Origin: Phoronis australis
Lineage: Eukaryota > Animalia > Phoronida
DNA length: 64,000 nucleotides
Assembly (NCBI GenBank): GCA_002633005.1
Contig: NMRA01000013.1
Location: forward strand, 1,206,618 to 1,270,617
Reading direction: 5' to 3'
Positions within the stretch are counted from its first letter, which is position 1, and each line of letters opens with the position of its first letter. Below, in pieces: positions 38,112-51,341 of this stretch. A program made the position numbers and the translations under genes. The notes beneath the pieces are model-generated. The model saw nothing but the letters and a program-made list of their open reading frames with translations. It made no database searches and had not been told where the DNA came from.

Positions 38112-40322
38112 ATGGAGTGTTTGTACATCTTTGTGATACTACTGTGTCTTATCACAGAAGTGAGCTGCAACTGTGTGGTTATACGGAGCAATGATACGAG
38201 TGAATGGAAAAAGTTAACTACTAAACAGCCTCTTGTGAAATGCTTTCAGGCCACGAGTCTCGGTCTTGAGAGGTTATCAAACACAGGGCAACTGTGCACC
38301 AGTTTGGCAAACGTCACCACCATAGACGTATCAAACAACAGCTTTCGCAATATTGAGGATATCAAATGCTTCGTAAAAGTCCAACATCTAAATTTATCCT
38401 GGAATAACATGGAGAGCTTACAAAGACACGATTTTAGAAAGTTTGGGGAACTGAAAACTGTCGACCTATCTTGGAACAAGATTAAGCGTATTTCGCCAGA
38501 GGTATTTCCATGGCAAAATCTACAGAAACTGGAGTGCATAAATTTGACGCACAATAAATTGACAGAGCTGGACACGTGGTACCTAATGCTCAACAAGAAC
38601 ACATTCAGATATTTAAATGTATCCTACAACAACATTAAGATATTTTCCAACTCCTACAAGTGGGATCTTAAAAATTCAACGCGCACCACAAGGAAACATC
38701 CGAAGTTATGTCTCGACTTGTCTTACAACAACGTAAGTCAAATCAGCTATGAAACAATACTGTCTTTTAAGTTCCAAGATCTTTTTACTGATCCTTACCG
38801 CACTTTGTCCGGAACCGACTTATTTGACATTGATGCAACATTTGGAAACAGTATACAGACATTATTTACAGGACACAAATGGAAATGTGACTGTGACATG
38901 TACCTTTTTTACCACTTATTTTGGGAAGCAATGTGCAGGCATTTAATAAAAGTACAGCGAACGGTAAGTGAAACAAGATGCGTTTCTGTGTGGGGAAGTA
39001 AACAAGTAACTATGGAGACACAGTACGGAAACTGTCCAAGAGATGTTCTATGTCAAAAGTATTCTAAAGGAGAAGCACGTGATTTGTTACAGTGTTTATT
39101 GAATTATGCGACCTCCATCGTATGCAGCGATACCTCAGAAAACTTTGGAGGCAAACGTTTGATAAATCTGAATAAATCGGAACTTTATGCAACATGTACC
39201 GTGAGGCAAAATTGTCCAAATGCCTGCTCATGTATTAAAGATTATAAAAATACATCAATCATAAGTGTGAACTGCACTGGTCAACACTTGACTGATCTAC
39301 CTCATCAAATGCCTTCAGGAAATCTAAAATTATACATGAACAAAAACGAGATAAAAGAACTTACACAAAGCAGAAACTACTGGAAGCAAGTTATTGTTCT
39401 GGATATATCATTTAACAATATCAGCCAAATGAGTGATTCTGTTTTCTGGGATATGACCAACTTGAGAGAACTTTATCTGCACAACAACAAAATAAATGAA
39501 ATCAGCAAGAAAATCCAAGATGTTTTGCAAGAACGGAAATTGAATATGTTCCAGATATATGAAAATCCACTAGAGTGTGATTGTCGTCTTCAAAATTGGT
39601 TGAAAAATCTGAAATCTGTACATAATGACTTTGTTACTGTTACATGTGGCTTCACTGGTTTACAAAGTCTGATGGACTATGACTGCAGTATCGATGTCAC
39701 AGGAATAATCCTTATAGTTACGTTTCCTGTTTTTATTACTGGTGTCCTGCTGTTTTTCGGCTACAGATACCGACAACAAATAACAATTGTGCTGTATAAT
39801 CGCATTGGTGTTCATTTCGGTCACATGCTAGAAGAAGTGCATGAATACGAGGACAATGACGCGTTCGTGTTCTATCACTCCGATATCGATGACCAACGTA
39901 AATTCGTCAGAGAGAAATTTTGCGCAGATCTTGAGAATGGCGCAACGCCCTATAAGCTAATCATTCCTGACAGAGATTTTGAACTAGGGATTTCCTTTCA
40001 GGAAAACATCAACGTAGCAATCAAGAAAAGTCGGCGTTGTATACTGATCGTTTCAAGGGAATTTATCAAGAGTAAGACTTGTATGGGCGTGTTTCAGCTA
40101 GCACATGAGAAAAACGGTGACAGGAAGGGGCGCTACCTCGTGATAGTCAAGTACAACCAAATCTACAGAAATGACTACCTAGACAGTGCTTTGCTTGCAG
40201 AATCAAATGTTCTATATTACCAGTACATGCACCTGGGTTGTTTCACTGACAGAGCAAGCAAACAATTCACAAGGAAATTAAAGTACATGATGCCAAAGCC
40301 TAAGAGAGAGAGAGAGAGATAG
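38112..40322 (+). CDS. Toll-like receptor, multiple-cysteine-cluster type, intronless, 736 aa
   Basis: Signal peptide, LxxLxLxxN LRRs, internal WKCDC cluster, LRRNT CPNACSC, second LRR block, LRRCT NPLECDC, TM helix and a TIR domain (DAFVFY, DRDFELG, SRRCILIVSREF). Confidence 0.93.
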   Translation: MECLYIFVILLCLITEVSCNCVVIRSNDTSEWKKLTTKQPLVKCFQATSLGLERLSNTGQLCTSLANVTTIDVSNNSFRNIEDIKCFVKVQHLNLSWNNMESLQRHDFRKFGELKTVDLSWNKIKRISPEVFPWQNLQKLECINLTHNKLTELDTWYLMLNKNTFRYLNVSYNNIKIFSNSYKWDLKNSTRTTRKHPKLCLDLSYNNVSQISYETILSFKFQDLFTDPYRTLSGTDLFDIDATFGNSIQTLFTGHKWKCDCDMYLFYHLFWEAMCRHLIKVQRTVSETRCVSVWGSKQVTMETQYGNCPRDVLCQKYSKGEARDLLQCLLNYATSIVCSDTSENFGGKRLINLNKSELYATCTVRQNCPNACSCIKDYKNTSIISVNCTGQHLTDLPHQMPSGNLKLYMNKNEIKELTQSRNYWKQVIVLDISFNNISQMSDSVFWDMTNLRELYLHNNKINEISKKIQDVLQERKLNMFQIYENPLECDCRLQNWLKNLKSVHNDFVTVTCGFTGLQSLMDYDCSIDVTGIILIVTFPVFITGVLLFFGYRYRQQITIVLYNRIGVHFGHMLEEVHEYEDNDAFVFYHSDIDDQRKFVREKFCADLENGATPYKLIIPDRDFELGISFQENINVAIKKSRRCILIVSREFIKSKTCMGVFQLAHEKNGDRKGRYLVIVKYNQIYRNDYLDSALLAESNVLYYQYMHLGCFTDRASKQFTRKLKYMMPKPKRERER

Positions 40323-43300
40323 AGAGATAGAGAGACACCTGCTTAAAAGTTATCTCAAACCTTCTTTAGTGGCCTCCATTCTAATTCGTATATCAAAATC
40401 TAAGCTTTGTCAACTTATAAAAGTACATATTTTCTGAAAGAAAAAAATCAGGGAAAATAAAAATATGTTTTATATTCATGTATCATTATTAATATTACGT
40501 AAGCACTTTTTAAATCATAATTTCATTTTTAAGAAACTTAAGGTATATTTCATAGCAAAATAACCCCTAAATTGATTTTAATGAAACCTATTTTAAATGA
40601 AAACTCCACCATTTACCTTAAAAACGCTACTATGAATTTCAGATTAGTCTTTTCATTTGGTTTCTATGACAAATCAACTCGTAAAACATAACGTATTTTT
40701 GTAAAAAATAGAAGTTGCATTCGTCTGTGTTAAAGTACGGGAAAAATTGGCCTTTATATCGAAAATCCTAATGTTAGCGTTAGATTGATGAATAAATATT
40801 AAGTTTGGAATGTTTCAGCGAAATCCACGATGCTGTTTTCGAGAACTCGTGTTCCTAAGTTCAAATAAAGACTTTTGTCGAAGCCAAGAAAAAGTCAATT
40901 AAATTGGGACGAGTGAAAATCTCACAGTCTTCGATTAATTTTCGTTCAATATAACCTATACATGCCTAAATCATGTTAGCTATTCCAACATTCACTCACA
41001 ATGTCAACTGAATTTGCAGTGCGTAATTAACTTAATTATCATTAAAACTTACCACCCACGAGGTGCGATCAATTGTTGCTGTTGTTTGACCTACTTTTAA
41101 GTAGGTCACAGTTCATTGTTATGCACCTAGTCGGTACATGTCACGTGCCAGGAGACTGATACCAAACCAATTAAGAAACGGTGGTTAAAGCATGTCGTTA
41201 TAATGAGATCATAACACCAAAATGTCAATTTACTTAATATTGAATTACGGAAGTTGGGTGAGGATTTATCTCTTTTCACAACTTGCTTTGTTTATGACCA
41301 CAGAGGCGTGAGGCGACTCGTAGCATTCATTCTCAACAGTTGTTTGCATGTAAACCCACAACTCCCCAGGATCAAAACTACGTTTGTCTTAAGCACTGTT
41401 CTATCATAAGTACACATCGTTGACTTAATATCATGGCGACTCAGTGAATGAAAGGATTGAAGGTACATACAAAGCCGCTCTGTACCTGGCGGGAGATTCG
41501 ATATGAGTGACAGCCCTGTAACTTTCGACCTCGGATAAGTAGTTAAAAAATATCCACGCGGTTGTGTGGTTCCAAGGTGGTTCTGCAAAACCTTTTTTTT
41601 CTTGCTAAACGGTATATATTTTGTATTTGAAGTTCCCTGAGAATCAAGATAAAGTAATTTGCTAGACACATGTGAAATATTGTAAAAATGGCTAATTTTG
41701 TAAATAAGGTTTGAGGTAACCTTAGCAATTTTTAATCCCCTGTTATGACGTCAAACGTTAAGTGCATGCGGATTAAAGAGAAATAAATTGTGAGTGTGAA
41801 TAAATGATCACAATTCTCATTTTATTGAGTTTGCCAAGAGTTTATGCAATTTTTGTTCCCACCAGATTAAAAGGTTCAGATCAGGATAAAGAATCATGAA
41901 CTTTGGTCTTGATGGTAATAACTTTATTCTTGTCCGGTTCAATCTGTACCCTTTTACCTTTGATGTTTAAATACTGATAAACCGAAAAGCAGAATTAGTG
42001 CTTCACAGGTATTCACTGATATCACGTTGAATCATTTTTACAAAAATGTTGTACAGGCAACGAGCCCACATTCCATCAAGGAAACTTTTGATCTAGACCA
42101 CCATGCACTGTTACACCAATGGTCTAAACTTGATAGATGAGGATTTTAAATCTTGAAAAATCCCGACTCAGGTTTGATGAACACAAATTCAATTACTAAA
42201 CAGTGGTTCATTAACTTTTCACAGTGGGAAGTGTATGGAACATGGTGTACTATCCATTGATATTTTAAAAGGTTTGCTCCTTCTGATTGACCAGCAGTGG
42301 AAATTTGCTGTCATTATGACAGGAGAGGTGTTAAAACGTTGTTTATACCAGTAGCACAGTAGCTCCTGTCCGCATTACACGAGATTCAGGTGGCGCTGAA
42401 TGCCTGTCCACCAAAGACCAGTGATCGCAGTCTGGCGGGATAGTGAATTTCAACATGACGTGGCTATTTTGAAATTCAGCTATATGATAATACAAGGACT
42501 CTTTGGTTGGTAATTGCTCTATTATGTTAGGAAGTGTAGCAGAATTATAGCAGAACTACTAAAACACTGACTTCAGACTACTTTCTACATTTAGGTCATG
42601 TAGTCTGTTACCTACATATATCAAATTAAGTTAACTAAATACATAAAATGACATGAAAATTTAAAAAATGCTACAGTCGCTCCCAGTGTTTAGGACCTTG
42701 TTTATGATGACCAATTTTGCATCTGATTACGCAACTTAATCTCCAGAGAGCCATAACATCAGCTGAGGCTGGATGATTTCTTTGAAGACAGCAGCTGATT
42801 TTAAGGTCAGCGGAACTGGTCATGGAGCTCAAACTCTCCCGACTGGTGAGGGTGTCAGCATAAGATTCATTTCATTGCAGAGAATGATTTCAAACATCAA
42901 CAAACTGTTGATTATCTTCAAGCCCAGAAATCACACTAAGAAACAATTTGAAACTAATTTCATACTGCCGAGTGATCTAAATCAAATTCAATTGATAAGA
43001 GGTGTCACTGTTTCAATTTATATTTTATTTGAGAACACGTAAGGGTGAACGAATTTGACCTGAACTAAAAATGATAAATAGATGTGTATAAGTGGCACAA
43101 ATTGGTCGAAAGAAGTGGCAAGCATTTTTCTGTTTGTGCATTTTAAATAAAGATGATATCCTTGTTTAAATTGGTGCCCAATACCATGGCAAGAATTGTA
43201 TGACAGTTGGCTTATCTCAAAATCCAAGTGCTTCCTGCAAGTTTGGTCATTGGCCCAATTATGTTAGACATCCAGCAAAATTAAAGAGAAGCTTTCATAT

Positions 43301-43809
43301 AGCTACATTGTACAAAAGTTTTAGGTTATATAAGCAACATTTCTTGTCCGATTTTCAAAATTTGAGAACGTATCCTTGTATACTTTTTACGAGCTTTAAA
43401 TTATGCTATTTAAAGACTTTGAAAACGATCAATCAAAAATTACTTCCGTAACCTCACAGAGTGTTTATGATGGGTTTGCTTATCTATAGCACGATAACAC
43501 CAGCAGCCGAAGGCAATGTAATTAATACAACTGCAAGGTGTCTCAGATCAACGAAGTAGACTTTGAGTTACGCATACCAGTCAGTTGCCCAATCTCGACC
43601 AGTGAGGCGGTCAACGTAGGATTTTTCATCACCACCGATGATAATCATAAGGTATATGCCGCAATCAATGTCGCGTCTCCCTTTATAACCTATCTATGTA
43701 TGTTGTTAAAATGTCAACGGCAACCTCGTGACTTCTGTGAAGCTTTTAGTGTTCCAAATGTAACTCATTGTCATTGTATTTTCGCGTACGTAACTTACAT
43801 CTGGTAATT

Positions 43810-45755
43810 TGTCCAAACCTAATACTTGGTTGTCTGGCGTAGTCGGCTACCGTTAATGGTTATCCTTGCCAATGTGACCGTCTTCTACGAGTCAAGCATT
43901 GGCTTGACCAAGTCAAGTATACCATAATACATGTCATCATCACCGACATCATCAACAAAAACAACGCGCAGCTTTGAAATACCCCCACAAATGCACCTTA
44001 AAGAGTGTGCTTCGAAGGGGTGAATTTAGTATCATAAAAATAACCATTAGATGGCACAAAATACATTGAATTCGTCCAAAAAAACGGGAAGGTGCCGTCG
44101 TCTCTCAAAGCTATATGCCCAATTTTATGACAATCTATTTAAAATCTCCAATTAGAAACCATTTGCCTCTAGGAACCACAGCCACAAATGCAAAACATGC
44201 ACTAGGAGGTATCACCGTAGTCGGCGCCATAAAAAACTGTCGCCAACTGTCCTCTTCCCAGTAAGAACATATATGACAAATTTCATAATTATCCTAAAAG
44301 TCGTTTCGCTAAAAACAGACTCAAATATCATGAAAATAGGTGGCGTGCACTACGTCAATTCCATCCAAAAACAAATAGATGTTAGCGCTTAACTCCAAAA
44401 ACACCAAAGAAGACAGAACAAATTTACATATATCCTGCAAAGGGTCTAGGAAATACGGCCACGGGCACAAAAAACTGCCACTCGGAAGAGCAGATATACT
44501 TGGAACTGTCTGAAGATCATCGTATACCATTCTTTTCTCAATACAAACAGTTTTCATAATCATAATCATACTTAAAGTGGTTTGGCGAATAAAAGAGGGC
44601 ACATGGTAAAAAACAGGATCGAAAACAATAAACACTAAAAATTACCATTAGGTGGCGCAAAATATGACAAATCCCTCGAAAGTGAGAAAGTGTTATTGTT
44701 TCTTTAATAGAAACCCGTTTACCAAGTTGCATAAAAATAAGTCCAGGAACTCCAAAGAAACAGAGGAAAACAAAAAAAAAATAAAATGTCACCAGAGGGC
44801 GCACAACGTTTGTTGGATCCGTCAGAAAGTCTTCGTCGTCGTCTGACTCGTCAACTTCATATGAATACACTTTCTTGCTAAATTAAGTAAAGATCCTACA
44901 GTGGACTTAGGAGATACATTTATGTGCGCAAACAGTAAAAATGGCCACAAGGTGACACAAAATACCTCGAATCTATCCGAAAATAGAAGAATAGCGTCAT
45001 CTCACTAATTTAGGTGCCAAATTTGCTGAAGATACAGAGGTAAACGTAAAAAATTAAAATTGCCACTAGGGGACTAACCAGTAGTTGATTCCGTTCAAAA
45101 TTTGTTGTCATCCATTGTCAGCTTCATAGGAACACATCTGCCATATCTCATCAAGGGAGAGGGATTAAGGAGACATAGCTGTGGACGCCAGACACCTAGA
45201 CGTTCGGACGCCCAGACAATATGCGTCCAATTACATTATATAAAAACACAACTTTCAAGAGTTAACAGATAACAAATGCTTCATCAAAAACGAGCATCTG
45301 AATTTTTCTTGGAACAATATGAGGCAATTTTTGACATTTAAATGTGAACTGTGAATCGGTTTTGTATATGTTAACACACATCTCCCCAAAGGTGTTTCCG
45401 TGGAGAGACCTTAAGAAGAGGGAGATCCTAAATTTCGAAAAATAATACGCTGACAGAGACTCTTGCTATCTAAAGCACAATAACAACACATTAAATGTTA
45501 GGTATTTAAATGCGTAGAACAGCAACACTGAGATAGTTCCAACTATTACAAGTAGCATATTACAGATTCAATGCGATCTATTTATGTCTTGACTTGTCTT
45601 ACAATAACATAAGTCAACTAACTCCATTATACAACAGACAGAGTTTCGAGATCAGAAAACTTCATTTTTAACAGTATAAAAACGTCCCTTGCAGGCCACA
45701 AATGGAAATGTGACTAATGACATGTACCCTTTTTACTGGTTATTTTCAAAGCAGT
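43810..45755 (+). pseudogene. Degenerate tandem duplicate of the TLR ectodomain, split by a ~1.3-kb repeat insertion
   Basis: 45240-45755 is colinear with TLR 38330-38930 (CAAATGCTTC, TTATGTCTtGACTTGTCTTACAAtAAC, CACAAATGGAAATGTGACT, GACATGTACC) and has stops and frameshifts. 43863-43900 (LANVTV) weakly matches TLR LANVTT. Confidence 0.8.
44030..45235 (+). repeat. Same Helentron/DINE-1-like family (copy 4), inserted in the TLR pseudogene
   Basis: Repeated CCACTAG/CCATTAGGTGGCGCAAAAT units, AAATTGCCACTAGGGG and a GGACG-rich 3' end. Confidence 0.65.
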
Positions 45756-47319
45756 TCACAAGTATCAAGGCCCTTTTATTGACTTACAGGAGAATGCCAC
45801 CCAAAAACAACCTATTTTGTATCAATTTAAATCGAGTAGTTCCACTCGAGATCAGCAACTTTAGTTGTTTTACCTAACGGCAGACGGAGGTGATGAAATT
45901 AATCAATGACGTAATCCGTTCGAAGATAGTCTGGTCAGCCGTTCACAACACGCTTACTGGTGTCAACTTATCGCTTGAATTCATCGTTTTACACCCATCA
46001 ATCAAAATTCTATGTAAACTACTTAACATACATCGATTTCTTGAACAAACGTGTTGTTTTATTTCACTGTTACGGATTTATAGGTATTTGAACGTACCGT
46101 TAGCCTAAACAGTTCGGTGAGGCCAATTTACCGTGGTCGATCGCGGGAGTTTGGGTCTGTTTGGTGATAAATTCGAATCATTCTTCCGTGAAATACAGAC
46201 GGGGGAGCATAGCTGTGAGTTGTACTTTTAGAATTGCGATTTTTTTCAGTTCTAAACACACAAAAAGCTTACTCCCCGCCAGTGGCTCGGAACCCGATCA
46301 GACCCGTCACGGCCGCCTCGACTCGACATCATGAACATAAATCAGCTTAAGTTGGAAACTAAACCTCCAATTACGAAAAGACTATAATAGTGAGCCATAG
46401 AAATAATGAGTACGTAGTTATTTAGGTGAATTAGCCACGAAACTGAAAATCTACTTACTTGTCAGGGGCCGCGAAGTCAGGTTCCCCTTCCACTGAATCG
46501 TCAGGGCAAAGGTTGTACAGTAACAATGATTTGAATAATGTATTTGTATATCTAAATAAAGATTCACCTAACATGTGACCATAGCATATAAAATCGAATT
46601 ATTGTTTCACAGCAGCTTTCTCCAGCAAACACTGAATTAGCATGCACTTAAACGGCCTCGGTGTCCGGTCTGTTGCTGTTGTGTATCTTACTTTGTCAAA
46701 TAAAGTAGACACTCCATGAACTACGCAGTGAAACGAACAGAATTGAACTGAACACTGAACTGATTTATTCTACATATCACAACAATATATATACACACAA
46801 CTACATAACAACATATGATGCGTTACCTATGACACACTTCCTATACTAGGAATCGCATGACATAATACCAATTAAACTACTAAACTCATAAACAATAACA
46901 ACCTACAAACATCCTGTTATTGTGTGACTAAGTACACAACAAAAGCCGATAACGCAGTGGTTTAGGGGTTGGCTTCTCAAAACATTTGCACTTATGAATA
47001 CTCCAATGGCATTACAAATTGTATCTTATGAGACAGACTTTGTTTCGGTTTTATATAAGCATTAGATAGGGTGAGAATAATTCATTTTGAAACAGAACGC
47101 AGAATAATAAACGTCTACATGGCAACTCGCCCGGCGCCAATCCTGACATAGTCGAGAGTTCATCCGACTAAGACTTCACGGGTCGGATCCTTAGGTTTCA
47201 CAAGCAATCAGTTCGTACCGTAATACACTGATCAAGAAGTCCTAGAGAGGCGCCGTGAACATGCACAGGCAACGGTACGTGTGGATAGTTTTTCGGTAAG
47301 CCGGAATTCGTCAATGAAA

Positions 47320-47528
47320 TCACGGTCGGACAGTGATTGCTCTGACGAAATGCCGGCCACAGGCATGGAAATATTTCATACTTGCTATTAACAGCGTATC
47401 TTTTCATTCTTCACCACCGCATGCCACTTCCTAAGCGTTTCGGGCTCTCGAGGAAGTTGAAAACACCATATACCCGCTTTCTTCGTAGTTTCATAGTTCG
47501 GACAAGCGGGAACGATGCACTGCAACAT
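47320..47528 (-). mobile_element. THAP zinc-finger relic with one frameshift, probably transposon-derived
   Basis: MLQCIVPACPN...FQLPREPETLRKWHAVVKNEK / ...HACGRHFV: all four C2CH ligands plus P, W and F are present, with a frameshift near 47400. Confidence 0.65.
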
Positions 47529-50419
47529 AGCGCATTCACTCTGCAGATGAACCACTGACGTCGCTTCGTCCTTTCACACCTTCCATACAGGTTAACGCGA
47601 CACTTTTTGGCAAGATAAGGTCGACCGTACAAGAGGCGATGTGGAAATAGACCGATTAAGACGATAAAAAAGACTAATGAAATCGGGTGGCATTCTCCTT
47701 TAAGCTACTATTTTTCTCCATATTTGAGAAGCGTAAGTTAGACTTCTTGGAAAAGAGTCTGAGTCAGAGTGGAACTCACTGTCTTCATGATACCTAAAGA
47801 CTTATTAATGACCTCTATCTCCAGGAATCAATTAAGCAACAAATAACAGCATTGAAAGCTTTACAAAAGTCAACAAGCCTCACTCTCGAGACTTCCGGCT
47901 TTAGGGACCATCGAAACAGTAACGCAAAATATCAGAACCTTTACAAAAGTCATCTAACTAAATTATGTGCGACTTCATCTCCAGTGAGGCAACATCAAAA
48001 AAGTAACTGTTCTCAAATTCTTTTTCCAGAGGACACCGGGACAGTAACGTCCAATATCAGGGGCTTCAGAAAAGTCAGCACAGTAATTCACAATGTCACA
48101 AACTAGGAATGACTTCCAATTTACTTTCATGACTTCTATCTCCAGGAATAATCGATATAATAACGGAAAACTACGTACATTAATGTGTACGTCTATTGTA
48201 CAATTGGTTGTGCTATTTTAACAACCGTATTCTCCCTAACGACCGCTCAGGGCGCCTAGAAAAATTCGTTTCGGGAAGGGGGCGTGCTTATTGTAGCCTA
48301 AGAGGGTTGAAACATGGTCTCCGAAACGGGTGAAGTCGTAAGCCAGGTATCATCACATTTACGCTCTGCGACGTATCTGTAACCTGTGACAGTCTATCTA
48401 AAAAACTGTAGTGCATTGCTATCAAACTTCCTTGTTACATTACGATCATTTTTTTAAGAAAATTATGCTGAAATTCCAGAGTGAAAACTCGCCGACTGAT
48501 GAGTCACTGCCTCGCGATCGTCGATAGGGCAACTTGAATTCTTCAATAAAAATACATATTCGACTGAAAAACTTAGCTGAAGTCCTCCTGAAGTTTTCAA
48601 AATAGCATCCCTATGATTTTTGAGATCCTGTGAAGTCGGGATTAACTGAATATAAATTTCAAATCTACGCTCGTGAACTTCTCTATACAAGTCCATGCAG
48701 GCTGCACATGGGCACAGCCAATACATGTATGATGCTTAACTTGCACCTTCAACAGTTTAAGTTGGCTTCGTTTTGAGAACACTGGGTTGTCCCATAGAAT
48801 ACTGGTGAATGACGGTATTGGATTGGTATTCATTTATGAAGTCTTTCAGTCAAATGAATGATATAGTGGTGGACAATTCATTCCTAACTTTGTTAAAATT
48901 AAAGATGTATTTGCATGCTCCTAACTATGCATAGCGGAAGCTAAACTACAATGCTCTTTTGACATAATCTACTCTGAACAAAGTGCAAGTGTACTCATTG
49001 ACAACTTGTAAATGTAAAAACAAAAAATACTGCAAATAAGTGATCTTTGCACTAATGACGTACTTCACGTGCTCACATTGCCTGCATCATGCTGTGTTAT
49101 TCTCCAACACCATGACACGATACTCACTGAACATGGTTGTAATGTGTTTTTGTAACTACGCACTTTTTATCACTTAATGTCGCCTGGGCAACAATATGTA
49201 TTGGGTTCGACAATAGAGAGATTTCGCAGACGATATGTTATAGCACACCACATACTGCATGGGTATTTGTAAATGAAAACGCAAACTAAACAGGGGGAAA
49301 TGGCCACCACGGTGCCACCTTAAGTCTGATTTTAACCAAAAATATTAGGCTTAGATCCATTCACGTAACACACATGTAAATTTCAGGTTGATCTGATAAG
49401 AATTGCGATCTGTAGAGAGACAGAAACATACAAACAAAAAACAATTTCATTTCACCAAGTGTGTAGTTTTGTCACTAAGTAATAAGAGTTGTGTGAGGAC
49501 GAATGATGAAATAGTTAGAGTTGTATGATGAGCACCAAAATACAAATTACGTAATGTGAGAAACGCTACCTTTCGGTGGTTAAATTTCTCAGTAGAAAAG
49601 AGAACAACACATTTAATATTAAAAAGCTAATTAAAAAATTCCTTGAATCATAAATAAAACAAATTATTGGGGACAAATAAAACAACAAGAATAATAAATT
49701 AAAACAAATTATTTAAAACTAACGAAGCCATTTTTTTTCTAACAGGGATCCTTTCCCAAAATCTAAGGCAGTGCACAATAAGTGTCTGGTGCAGAGGATT
49801 CAGGGCTGCATTCCGGTCACCTGCTTCGCTTGTAACGCACACGTGATCCTCGAATGCAACCCAAGTCAGGGCAATGTTTTGCAACCTTTCAGTGGCTCGT
49901 AAAACATCTAAAATCAACTAGCATCAGATACAGTTTGGCGTTTCAAAATTATGAGCAATAAAAATAACGGACAGGAAATTTCAAACAACCAAATCAGGAG
50001 TGTTAAACGTCAGGTTACAAGGAAGTAATAATATATCTATCTTACATCTATGCAAGTGCTAAGTGGGACACAAGCACTTAATCTTGACTAGCACTAGGTA
50101 AATAACTTTATCTGTAATATACGTTAACTTGTTGTCATATCCACGAGGAAACACGATAACATGAAGGGTGAGCAAAAATAGGTTACACTTATGAAATGCA
50201 CTAAAAGCTCATACTGCGATATAAAAGAATAGCAACAGCACTCACATGGCATCCATTTGTAAAAGAAGGTTAAGGTCTTTGAACCAGTGTTTGTCAAGAG
50301 TACTTGGTGAATGAACATTTAACTTCAGATTTGCAAACATCCTTTAAAAGCCTCTGGTTACAAAAGCACCAGACCAACCAAAACAGTCTCACAGGTTTAA
50401 TTTCCCATTCTCGACCGTC

Positions 50420-51240
50420 ACAATTGCATTCCAATGCTGTGAGTTTAGCACTAATTCTAGAATCTTCTGTATTCTTTAATAGTTTATTTGAGGCTGGTGT
50501 TATTTTTGTGAAGGATCTTTTGAATTTTAAAAATAGATTTCTGACATGGGAGGTTTTGAAAAATAGATGTAAGCTTTCAAATTGGATTCATTATACTGCT
50601 TTGAGACATGCGGTTAAGTTGAAAGCAGATCATTTGATTTCAAACTGCATACATACCCCAGTCAACCCAAGTTATTAATGTTTTTTCTAGAAATATTTTG
50701 CTTTCCAAAATTCTTTCGCCTCCTGATATAGAGTACAGCTTAACTGACATTTACTCTAGACAACGAATTAAAAAATTTATGTTCTTCCACACAAATTCTT
50801 GATACCTCCTTATGCTAAAACCTTTAAATATTTCAATATTCATAGAAAAGTGTTTACAAAACTTAATATGAAAAAGATGAACTTAGTAAGTGATGACAAG
50901 TGTGCATCTTATGGAACAGTTGAGACATTTAACCATGTTTGCGGAATGTGGTTCTGTGAAAACTTTGTGGTGTGAAATTCAGAAACTTTTAATTTACTTA
51001 ACTGCACAACACGATTTAATCTTAGATAAAAATGTTATTTTGACTGCATATTTTCGATGTAATTTTGAAGATATCAATACCATATTAACTGTTTGCCAGT
51101 ATGTATTTCATGAATGTTCTAGAGACCAGATTATTCCTAGATATTCACAAGTTCAATGTTTCTTGTATAATTATTGTAAAGTAAGAAATATGACAAGCCC
51201 GTAAAACTGCTTTTTGGGAAACCCTCAATACTTATTTAGA
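50420..51240 (+). mobile_element. 3' fragment of an L1/Tx1-clade LINE (zf-RVT region)
   Basis: LFEAGVIFVKDLL...FLTWEVLK...YTALRHAV, then IHRKVFT...KMNLVSDDKC...ECGSVKTLW, broken by stops and frameshifts. Confidence 0.7.
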
Positions 51241-51271
51241 TTAGATCAACCGTGAAGTTCTATTATTTAGA

Positions 51272-51301
51272 TGTGTGCGTGTATGTGTGCGTGTGTGTGT
51301 G

Positions 51302-51338
<37 letters not shown>
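51272..51338. repeat. (GT)n microsatellite, with a second tract at about 51480-51505
   Basis: Directly visible. Confidence 0.95.
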
Positions 51339-51341
<3 letters not shown>

